From the IMG/VR virus record IMGVR_UViG_3300030376_004534, positions 1-26,534 of that record: DNA of 26,534 nt. One strand, written 5' to 3'. The position numbers and the translations under genes were made by a program. The notes below the pieces were generated by a model, which was not told the origin of the DNA, did no database searches, and saw nothing but the letters and a program-made list of their open reading frames with translations. This document shows, piece after piece, positions 8,942-15,647 of the stretch; position 1 is the stretch's first letter, and every line of letters starts with the position of its first letter. Source of the DNA: a virus. Lineage: Duplodnaviria; Caudoviricetes.

Positions 8942-9259
8942 TATTATAAACCTTATATTTGGGAATAGTAGTCCTTATTCCTGGACTATAAATCCAGGAA
9001 TGACTACCATTATAAACCTCACATCGTGGGATTATTTAGCTTATAACATTTTTTTCATCACAGGTCTGTTATAATTAGTCCTAACCTTGAACTTTGTGAT
9101 CCCTTTTGGTAGTTCGTTATAAATTGTTATCGCCAAAAGTAATAAGCCAAACCAATAACAAGGATTATAAAATATGAAAATTATAATTATAAACCAAATT
9201 ATATTATAAATTAATTAAAATAAAATGAATTGTTGCGTAATTAAAATATTTATTATAAC

Positions 9260-9283
9260 TTATGCAAAGAATTATGCAAAGAA
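9260..9283 (+). promoter_or_regulatory. Tandem 12-bp repeat (TTATGCAAAGAA)x2; candidate operator
   Basis: Perfect duplication between a promoter-like TTGCGT-17-TAACTT (9233-9261) and the SD of the HTH gene. Confidence 0.55.
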
Positions 9284-9296
9284 ACGGAGATTATAA

Positions 9297-9518
9297 ATGC
9301 AGAATAACATTAAACAAGTAATAAAAGAAAAAGGTATAAAACAGACTTATATCTGTGAGAAACTTGGTATAAATGAGAGTGTACTATCTCTTATTATAAA
9401 TGGTAAACGTAAACCAAGCCAGGACAGGCTTCGTGCCTTAGCTAAAATTTTGAATGTAAGTATAAAAACCTTATATCCAAATGTAGTATGTAAAAAAATA
9501 AACTATTATTATATATAG
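9297..9518 (+). CDS. XRE/Cro-family helix-turn-helix regulator
   Basis: 'IKQVIKEKGIKQTYICEKLGINESVLSLIINGKRKPS...LAKILNVSIKTL' is a canonical HTH_XRE. Confidence 0.92.
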   Translation: MQNNIKQVIKEKGIKQTYICEKLGINESVLSLIINGKRKPSQDRLRALAKILNVSIKTLYPNVVCKKINYYYI

Positions 9519-9753
9519 GAGAGTAAAAGAATGAATAATAAAATTAAAAATAAATTGTTAGAAATTATAACTGAAGATGGTATAGAATGGAAAGTTATAG
9601 TTAAAGAAATAAAAAAAATAGCTACAATAAAAAATTGGTGGTTAGTTAGAGGTATAATACAAGAATTAAAAAATGAAAATATTATTGATAGAACTGATAA
9701 TGTTTACCAAGAAATTTACATAAAATTATAATATAGGAGAGTAAAAGAATGAA
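9513..9753 (+). repeat. Perfect 23-bp direct repeats flanking the 66-aa ORF
   Basis: ATATAGGAGAGTAAAAGAATGAA at 9513-9535 and 9731-9753, each containing an SD and start codon. Confidence 0.9.
9531..9731 (+). CDS. Hypothetical protein, possibly winged helix
   Basis: 66 aa, SD AGGAG; helical pattern 'VRGIIQELKNENII'. Confidence 0.6.
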   Translation: MNNKIKNKLLEIITEDGIEWKVIVKEIKKIATIKNWWLVRGIIQELKNENIIDRTDNVYQEIYIKL

Positions 9754-10381
9754 AATGCAAGAAATATGGAATAAACTATCTACAATAGATGTTAATAAAC
9801 ACACAGAAAAAAAGGGTCAATTTACTTATTTAGGTTGGAACTTTGCTATATCTACTATAATGGAGCATTATCCAGACGTAACATACGACTTCTTACATTA
9901 CACTGATAGTAATGGTATGGTAAAGGATTATATTGTATATCCAGATGGATCTTGTTCAGTTGAATGTGTTGTTAATATCGGCGATAATACTAAGAAAATG
10001 TGGTTAGCAGTTACCGACTTTAATAATAAACCTATAAAAAATCCAAGCTGCGTAGATATTGCTAATACTAAAATGAGATGTTTAACTAAATGTATAGCTA
10101 CTGGTTATGGATTGGGTTATTATATTTTTTTAGGAGAGGGGTTACCAAAAGAGGAGTTCTATACTGAAGAACAAACTGCCGAGTTCGCTAAATTAATCGA
10201 ACACGAATGTTTCAAAGGTAAAAAGAATACAGTTAAAGACGAACTTCGTAAATCTACATCTAAGACAAATTATCAACGTGTACTTAATAAAATGAAGAAA
10301 ACTATTGATGATTATAAAAAAGTTGAAGATATAAATCAAGATATTGATGAACAGCTAGAAAGGAAAATCAATGGTAATTAA
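9749..10381 (+). CDS. Single-strand annealing protein, Sak3/DUF1071 family
   Basis: 'DVNKHTEKKGQFTYLGW', 'MWLAVTDFNNKPI', 'MRCLTKCIA..GLGYYIFLGEGLP'. Confidence 0.88.
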   Translation: MKMQEIWNKLSTIDVNKHTEKKGQFTYLGWNFAISTIMEHYPDVTYDFLHYTDSNGMVKDYIVYPDGSCSVECVVNIGDNTKKMWLAVTDFNNKPIKNPSCVDIANTKMRCLTKCIATGYGLGYYIFLGEGLPKEEFYTEEQTAEFAKLIEHECFKGKKNTVKDELRKSTSKTNYQRVLNKMKKTIDDYKKVEDINQDIDEQLERKINGN

Positions 10382-10658
10382 AGAACATTTAGACCAAAAT
10401 GGTAGACCAGACCCTGTTGCACAATTAAAATATTGTTCAGAAAATAATTGTCCAGACTGCACTTATTGTTTATGTTCTTCAGATATGTTGCGTTTCACAA
10501 CACCTATAACAATGCCTATTAAAGAAAAAATATCCCAAGTAAGGGTAACACCTACCAAGTACGATAATCTTTCTAAAATAGCCACTAATAAAGGGTATAA
10601 AAGGAATGATCACCCATTGTGGGATTATATTGTAAACAAACTTATAGATGGAGAATAG
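10371..10658 (+). CDS. Hypothetical protein; Cys-rich N-part, possible ribbon-helix-helix C-part
   Basis: C-x4-CxxCxxCxC cluster, then 'SQVRVTPTKYDNLSKIA'; SD GAAAGGA. Confidence 0.55.
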   Translation: MVIKEHLDQNGRPDPVAQLKYCSENNCPDCTYCLCSSDMLRFTTPITMPIKEKISQVRVTPTKYDNLSKIATNKGYKRNDHPLWDYIVNKLIDGE

Positions 10659-10659
10659 T

Positions 10660-10794
10660 ATGGAAGCGATACAGATTAGATTTGAACTTGAGCAATTTAA
10701 ACAAAAGATGTTAGAGAAAAATCCTAATATTATGATTGACTACAATGTATTCGATGTGAGAGAACACTATAAAGACACAAAAAAAGGAGAATAA
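10660..10794 (+). CDS. Hypothetical protein (44 aa)
   Basis: MEAIQIRFELEQFKQKMLEKNPNIMIDYNVFDVREHYKDTKKGE; GGAG SD. Confidence 0.55.
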   Translation: MEAIQIRFELEQFKQKMLEKNPNIMIDYNVFDVREHYKDTKKGE

Positions 10795-10796
10795 GA

Positions 10797-10943
10797 ATGG
10801 AAGAAGTAATTTTACATAGACAAGAAAAAGCAGTAAGTTTTGATAAGAATGATTTAACAATACATTTTCACAAAGCATACTACACTATAACTGAAATAGA
10901 AGAAACACTAACACAAGTCAAGGAGCTTATAAATGGAAAATAA
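10797..10943 (+). CDS. Hypothetical protein (48 aa)
   Basis: MEEVILHRQEKAVSFDKNDLTIHFHKAYYTITEIEETLTQVKELINGK; AGGAG SD. Confidence 0.55.
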   Translation: MEEVILHRQEKAVSFDKNDLTIHFHKAYYTITEIEETLTQVKELINGK

Positions 10944-11157
10944 GGATATGACTGGAGTATTATTTCCAGTAGAAGATAAAAAATCAGATAAACACCCTAA
11001 CCTTACTGGTAATGTGCTTATAAAAGGCGAGAAATATTATATATCGGCTTGGAGTAATGTTGCTAAAAGTGGTAAGAAATATATTAGCTTAAAAATAAAT
11101 GAAGATCAAAAGAAAGAAGCTAATACATCAACTCAAAACGACGATATACCATTTTAA
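10933..11157 (+). CDS. Small ssDNA-binding protein (DUF736-like)
   Basis: 'GVLF...KKSDKHPNLTG...YISAW...GKKYISL' and SSB-type acidic tail DDIPF. Confidence 0.82.
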   Translation: MENKDMTGVLFPVEDKKSDKHPNLTGNVLIKGEKYYISAWSNVAKSGKKYISLKINEDQKKEANTSTQNDDIPF

Positions 11158-11171
11158 AAAAGGAGCAAAGA

Positions 11172-11438
11172 ATGAAAGATACATCTTTAATGGCTTATAA
11201 TGAACTAAAAACAAGTGGTAAACAACCTAAACAAAAGGACATTATATTAAACGTCTTAAAAGGTTGCGATAAAGCACTTAGTTTGCAAGAAATATGCAAT
11301 AAGACTGGTATGGCTATAAATGCAGTATCTGGTAGAGTAAACGACTTAAAAAAAGCAAACCAAGTTGTTGAAGCTGCTAAACGTAAATGTTCAGTCACTT
11401 GTAAAACTATAACTCCAGTAAAGGCATTGAGATTTTAG
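11172..11438 (+). CDS. Winged-helix DNA-binding protein
   Basis: 'LSLQEICNKTGMAINAVSGRVNDL...KRKCSVT'. Confidence 0.75.
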   Translation: MKDTSLMAYNELKTSGKQPKQKDIILNVLKGCDKALSLQEICNKTGMAINAVSGRVNDLKKANQVVEAAKRKCSVTCKTITPVKALRF

Positions 11439-11929
11439 TGGAGGTTTTAATAAGAGAAAATGGTGGGGAGCCGAAATGGATTGACATTTCAAAGGTTTTC
11501 AAAGTCTCGGGGACTAGAAAGCCTTATTCCCCCTCTCCACCACTTCTTAAAGATACTAAAGGATTTGGACAATGGTATGCTTTGTACGATAAAAAGACGA
11601 CCAAGAAACAAGCTATTGATTATTGGTTTAAGAATATAACTAAAGAAGATATACCTAAAATTATGGAGCATACTAAGCAGTATGTTAAAGATAGGGATAA
11701 AGTATATCGTAAAGACCCAATCAGATATTTGAGAGATAGAGTATTTGAAGATGAAATTATAAAAGCAGAGAAAAAAATTGATTTAGATGAATTATATCCA
11801 TTTGACAAAAGTGGTAGCAGTAGACTTGGAAGATGTAGCAGATGTAATTCAATCGTATTTGGTAATAAATTCACTATACATAAAGACGATAGTGATTGTT
11901 GTAAAGTTAAAATAAAACAATATAGGTAA
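11438..11929 (+). CDS. Replication initiator-like protein (C-terminal-type domain) with Cys-rich end
   Basis: 'FGQWYALYDKKTTKKQAIDYW...KDPIRYLRDRVFEDE' resembles the phage initiator C-domain; CxxC...CC tail. Confidence 0.6.
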   Translation: MEVLIRENGGEPKWIDISKVFKVSGTRKPYSPSPPLLKDTKGFGQWYALYDKKTTKKQAIDYWFKNITKEDIPKIMEHTKQYVKDRDKVYRKDPIRYLRDRVFEDEIIKAEKKIDLDELYPFDKSGSSRLGRCSRCNSIVFGNKFTIHKDDSDCCKVKIKQYR

Positions 11930-11932
11930 ATT

Positions 11933-12049
11933 ATGGAAGATAAGTTAGAAATAGCTATTCAAGGATTAAAGGCGATAATAGAACAATCTGCTGAACAATC
12001 TATTGCAAGAACAATAGCAGAAACGACTTTAGAAGAATTAGATAAATAA
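11933..12049 (+). CDS. Hypothetical protein (38 aa)
   Basis: MEDKLEIAIQGLKAIIEQSAEQSIARTIAETTLEELDK; amphipathic helices; AGGT SD. Confidence 0.55.
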   Translation: MEDKLEIAIQGLKAIIEQSAEQSIARTIAETTLEELDK

Positions 12050-12054
12050 CTCGC

Positions 12055-12109
12055 AGGGCAGGTAGATACATTCGCACAATGTCATATCCCTCCTTAGGAT
12101 ACTTGCCCT
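12055..12109 (+). ncRNA. Candidate structured RNA: hairpin with anti-SD/anti-AUG loop (copy 1)
   Basis: Stem AGGGCAGGTA/TACTTGCCCT closing a 35-nt loop containing CATATCCCTCCTT. Confidence 0.5.
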
Positions 12110-12125
12110 CAAAATTGGAGATAAA

Positions 12126-12344
12126 ATGAAGAAATGTCCTATGTGTAAAGAAGAAAAACCTAATAGTGATTATAATGCAGGTGGAGCATTACACAACACA
12201 TACTGCAAGATTTGTCAGAGGATTTTCAACAACAACAGAAGTGCAAGAACAAGACAGAAAATACTAGAAGCTACTAATGATGGAAAGTGTTGGTGGGTAT
12301 ATCAAGCCTGTTTAGCCGACCTTACAATATGGAGAAAAAAGTGA
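12126..12344 (+). CDS. Zn-finger protein (CxxC...CxxC)
   Basis: 'KKCPMCKEEKP...YCKIC', like the N-terminal Zn finger of phage HNH/endonuclease VII proteins; no nuclease domain follows. Confidence 0.7.
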   Translation: MKKCPMCKEEKPNSDYNAGGALHNTYCKICQRIFNNNRSARTRQKILEATNDGKCWWVYQACLADLTIWRKK

Positions 12345-12943
12345 CATTACAGAATAATAATAAAATAATACTTGATTTGTGTGGGGGTACAGGCTCTTGG
12401 AGTAAACCTTATAAAGATAATGGTTATGATGTAAGACTTATAACATTACCAGATAATGATGTAAGATATTATGAGCCACCTAAAAATGTGTATGGTATTC
12501 TTGCTGCGCCACCTTGTGACCAATTTAGTTTCGCAAAAACAACTGGTAAACCAAGAGATTTAAAATCTGCTTATAAAATAGTTTCTGCTTGTTTAAATAT
12601 AATTGCAAAATGTCAATATAAATTAGATAGTCCTTATGCAAAAAAAACAACTTTACAATTTTGGGCATTAGAAAATCCAAAAGGTTTATTAAAAAGATTT
12701 TTAGGAAAACCTTGTTATGAATTTAACCCTTATGATTTTGGAGATAATTATAAAAAAGCTACTTGTTTATGGGGTTGGTTTAATTTTCCTAAAAAAAATC
12801 CTATAGATTGTAATATGCCTAAATTTGATAGAATGAAAAGTAAAGATATACATCCTGAATATTATGGTAAATATACAAGATTAGAAAGAAGAAGTATGAC
12901 GCCGCAAGGATTTGCACAAGCATTTTATGAGGAGAATAGATAA
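12341..12943 (+). CDS. Compact DNA cytosine-5 methyltransferase-like protein
   Basis: Motif I 'LDLCGGTG', catalytic 'APPC', 'ENP'; start placed at GTG 12341 (GGAG SD, GTGA coupling). Confidence 0.82.
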   Translation: MTLQNNNKIILDLCGGTGSWSKPYKDNGYDVRLITLPDNDVRYYEPPKNVYGILAAPPCDQFSFAKTTGKPRDLKSAYKIVSACLNIIAKCQYKLDSPYAKKTTLQFWALENPKGLLKRFLGKPCYEFNPYDFGDNYKKATCLWGWFNFPKKNPIDCNMPKFDRMKSKDIHPEYYGKYTRLERRSMTPQGFAQAFYEENR

Positions 12944-13248
12944 TGCCGAACAAAAGTAAAGCTAAAGGTAATAGATTTGAACGTGAGATTGTAGAAGCTA
13001 TTGAATTACACGATATAAAAGCAGTTCGTGCTTGGGGTAGTAATGGTAAAGCATTTGGACACCACGAAGAAGTGGATATTCTTATTGATAATGAGATTAA
13101 AGTACAAGCTAAAGTTCGTAAGGCTTTGCCGAAATGGATAGCACCATCAGAACACGTAGACGTTCAAATTATAAAAGAGGACAGAGGAAAGATGTATGTA
13201 GTACAAGAATTGAATGATTGGTTGTTAAGCATAAAGGATAAAAAATGA
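12943..13248 (+). CDS. Holliday junction resolvase (Hjc-like PD-(D/E)XK)
   Basis: 'SKAKGNRFEREIV', 'VDILI', 'VQAK'. Confidence 0.8.
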   Translation: MPNKSKAKGNRFEREIVEAIELHDIKAVRAWGSNGKAFGHHEEVDILIDNEIKVQAKVRKALPKWIAPSEHVDVQIIKEDRGKMYVVQELNDWLLSIKDKK

Positions 13249-13517
13249 GTAAACGAATAGGAGGATTTGAAGTGTTTACAGAAGATGATTTTAGTAATTA
13301 TAAAGACCCATCAGAAAACACAACTTGGAGGCATACTAAAAATCACATAAGTGCTACAATAGATGGTACAGAATGGTATCATATTAGAAAACAAGATTGT
13401 CTTACAAAAGAACAACAATTTGATTGGGTATTACATATTGAACAAAAGATATGGGGTGATGGATATAAATTTAAAAAAGCATTTCTAAAAGCATTAAAAG
13501 AATGGGATTTATATTAG
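13245..13517 (+). CDS. Hypothetical protein
   Basis: 90 aa, ATGA coupling, AAGGA SD. Confidence 0.65.
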   Translation: MSKRIGGFEVFTEDDFSNYKDPSENTTWRHTKNHISATIDGTEWYHIRKQDCLTKEQQFDWVLHIEQKIWGDGYKFKKAFLKALKEWDLY

Positions 13518-13703
13518 ATGAGTTTGTTTTGGATAGATAGTAAAGATGTACAACACCGAATTGAATATATGTCTGACAAATACTTGTTAAATTGTATAAG
13601 GTTTGTTGAAAATAAAATAGAACAAAATCCTAATTACAGACCAGCACCAGCTTATTATAACTTAATAAAAGAATACGATAGGAGAATAAATGAAGTGGTA
13701 TAA
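13518..13703 (+). CDS. Hypothetical protein
   Basis: 61 aa abutting the previous stop. Confidence 0.6.
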   Translation: MSLFWIDSKDVQHRIEYMSDKYLLNCIRFVENKIEQNPNYRPAPAYYNLIKEYDRRINEVV

Positions 13704-13869
13704 AACGGTAACTTTAAAAACTACATCTGGTAGCAAAATTAATTTACCTAAAGATGTTTGGAAGAATTTAGGGTGGAAACCTAATGACAAAATAAAGCTA
13801 TCTTATTTTTATGATGCTCCAACTGATAAGTATGGACCTGTTGGTATAACAATAAGTAAAGAAGAATAA
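13690..13869 (+). CDS. AbrB/MazE/SpoVT-like DNA-binding protein (59 aa)
   Basis: Not in the track; MKWYKTVTLKTTSGSKINLPKDVWKNLGWKPNDKIKLSY matches the I.LPK.....LG...GD.. swapped-hairpin pattern; AGGAG SD. Confidence 0.72.
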   Translation: MKWYKTVTLKTTSGSKINLPKDVWKNLGWKPNDKIKLSYFYDAPTDKYGPVGITISKEE

Positions 13870-13881
13870 ACAAAATTTAAA

Positions 13882-13953
13882 AAAGAGATAGGTAGTGGGT
13901 TTTTATTCATTCTTCCTGCTTTTAGCGTTTACCTTTCTTCGCACTATCTCTTT
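13882..13953 (+). ncRNA. Candidate structured RNA: hairpin with anti-AUG/anti-SD loop (copy 2)
   Basis: Perfect 10-bp stem AAAGAGATAG/CTATCTCTTT closing a pyrimidine-rich loop with TTTTATTCATTCTTCCTG and TTTACCTTTC. Confidence 0.5.
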
Positions 13954-13967
13954 AAATTGGAGAAAAT

Positions 13968-14111
13968 ATGATTAAAAAAGAATTACACTTTGTATGGATT
14001 ACTAAAGACGGTAAGAAATTTCTGGATAGAGATGAAGCCGAGAAACATAATGAACTACTTGAACCAGAAGATGTTACAAATCAATGGTTAAAAAGAATAA
14101 AAGGAGAATAA
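13968..14111 (+). CDS. Hypothetical protein (47 aa)
   Basis: MIKKELHFVWITKDGKKFLDRDEAEKHNE...; GGAG SD. Confidence 0.6.
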   Translation: MIKKELHFVWITKDGKKFLDRDEAEKHNELLEPEDVTNQWLKRIKGE

Positions 14112-14112
14112 A

Positions 14113-14232
14113 ATGGAACTAATATTTGGATTTTTATTAACTGTTATAGGTGTTATAGTTATAATGTCTATAGTTATAGAATCAATAGAAACATATTATG
14201 ATATGAAAGAGAGAGCATCAGATGAAAATTAA
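14113..14232 (+). CDS. Small single-TM protein (39 aa)
   Basis: MELIFGFLLTVIGVIVIMSIVIESIETYYDMKERASDEN; AGGAG SD. Confidence 0.55.
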   Translation: MELIFGFLLTVIGVIVIMSIVIESIETYYDMKERASDEN

Positions 14233-14323
14233 TTGGCATAAATTAATAGCTTATTCAATAATCGTATTTATTGGTTGTTCATTTTGGTATGCAGTTATAA
14301 GCCGATTTATACAAGCATTTTAA
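14222..14323 (+). CDS. Small single-TM protein (33 aa)
   Basis: MKINWHKLIAYSIIVFIGCSFWYAVISRFIQAF; TAATG-coupled to the next gene. Confidence 0.5.
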   Translation: MKINWHKLIAYSIIVFIGCSFWYAVISRFIQAF

Positions 14324-14580
14324 TGAAAGATTATATTAAATATATTAAGTCTAAGCATTGTATAGTGTGTGGGGTGTCGCCAGTAGACCCAGACCATTTA
14401 GAACATTTAGCGATGGGTGGTGCTAATAAAAATGGATTAAAAGACTTTAGTTGTGTTCCTATTTGCAGAAAACATCATACTGAACGTCATAATATGGGTC
14501 TAAGGCGATTTGAAGAAAAGTATAATCTTAACCTATGGAAAGAAGCATTTTATTTATTAAGAGGATATTTCGCAGAATGA
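14323..14580 (+). CDS. DUF968/HNH-like Zn-binding putative nuclease
   Basis: 'CIVCG...DPDHL...MGG...CVPICRKHHTERH'; start moved to ATG 14323. Confidence 0.78.
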   Translation: MKDYIKYIKSKHCIVCGVSPVDPDHLEHLAMGGANKNGLKDFSCVPICRKHHTERHNMGLRRFEEKYNLNLWKEAFYLLRGYFAE

Positions 14581-14653
14581 TTAAGCTCCTAATGATATTG
14601 CACGATAAGAGAAATCAAATATATGAAAAACTAGAATCACTCTTAGGAGCTTT

Positions 14654-15313
14654 TTGATGGAAATAATTAATAAAGATTTTAGATTATGTAATATTCCAAA
14701 AGGTATTACAATTACCGATCCTCCATATAATCAAGGATATGCTTACAACAATTATAAAGATAGACTATCTGAGAAAGATTATATAGAATTATTATCACAA
14801 ATACCTGCACCTTGTGTTATAATACATTATCCTGAAGAAACTATCAATTTATTACCAAAAGCCATTAAAGAAAAATGTGAACAAGTAGTATGTTGGGTTT
14901 ATAATTCAAACACAGGAAAACAAAGTAGAATTATATCTTGGTGGGGTTGTAAACCTGATTTTAAAAAAGTAACACAACCTTATAAAAACCTTAATGATAA
15001 AAGAATACAAAAAAGAATATCAGAGGGCAAAACAGGTGCTAAATTGTACGATTGGTGGAATATAAATCAAGTAAAAAATGTAAGTAAAGAAAAAACTGAA
15101 CACCCCTGTCAGATACCTGAAAAAGTTATAGAAAATATAATATTAACTACTGCAAGTAAAGACGATTTAATAATAGATGTATTTGCAGGTAGTGGTACAA
15201 CAGGTATAGTTGCAGAAAAGCTAGGTTACAAATCAATTATGTATGAGATAGACAAAGATTATTGTAAAATAATAGAAAAAAGAAAGAATATGCAATATGA
15301 AATTCGCTGGTAA
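14654..15313 (+). CDS. DNA amino-methyltransferase (N6A/N4C, beta class)
   Basis: 'ITDPPY' near the N-terminus, 'HPCQIP' and 'DVFAGSGTT' near the C-terminus. Confidence 0.92.
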   Translation: MMEIINKDFRLCNIPKGITITDPPYNQGYAYNNYKDRLSEKDYIELLSQIPAPCVIIHYPEETINLLPKAIKEKCEQVVCWVYNSNTGKQSRIISWWGCKPDFKKVTQPYKNLNDKRIQKRISEGKTGAKLYDWWNINQVKNVSKEKTEHPCQIPEKVIENIILTTASKDDLIIDVFAGSGTTGIVAEKLGYKSIMYEIDKDYCKIIEKRKNMQYEIRW

Positions 15314-15647
15314 AATAAAACAAGGAAAACTTACTTTAGATGATAATCTTGGATTTAGGGATTATTTAAGGCTAATTGAGGGTGATGTTCACTTAGAAAT
15401 AAAACCTGCCGAAAAGGTGCGTTCTCCACAACAAAACGCATACTATAGGGTTATTATAAGGTTGTTAGCTAAAGATTTAGGTTATACTGAAGCCGAAATG
15501 CACAATGTTATAAAAGAAAAGTATGAAATTGAATCCACTAAACAATTATCTGTTCCAGAGTTTACTGAACTTATCGAAGAAATAAAAAGATGGGCAGTAA
15601 TAGAAATGGGTATTGTTCTGCCGAACGCTAAGCAATCTCATCAATAG
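15297..15647 (+). CDS. NinB/Orf-like recombination protein
   Basis: 'RSPQQNAYY', 'STKQLSVPEFTELIEEIKRWA...GIVLP'. Confidence 0.75.
   Translation: MKFAGKIKQGKLTLDDNLGFRDYLRLIEGDVHLEIKPAEKVRSPQQNAYYRVIIRLLAKDLGYTEAEMHNVIKEKYEIESTKQLSVPEFTELIEEIKRWAVIEMGIVLPNAKQSHQ

Noticed and set aside
8330-9753. Direct repeats read as a CRISPR array or att sites
   Set aside because: Only two full copies each, separated by whole genes of about 200 bp, made of SD/start sequence; no cas or integrase gene in the window.
11195-11874. Minus-strand ORFs 11195-11398, 11489-11671 and 11620-11874
   Set aside because: Antisense to well-formed plus-strand genes.
12287-12340. Track start sites at 12287, and likewise 8726 and 14275
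   Set aside because: Downstream starts (12341, 8744, 14323) have an SD and/or stop-start coupling and avoid long overlaps.
12055-13953. The two hairpins read as tRNAs or intrinsic terminators
   Set aside because: No cloverleaf, T-loop or CCA; loops are 35-52 nt and no U tract follows on the plus strand.
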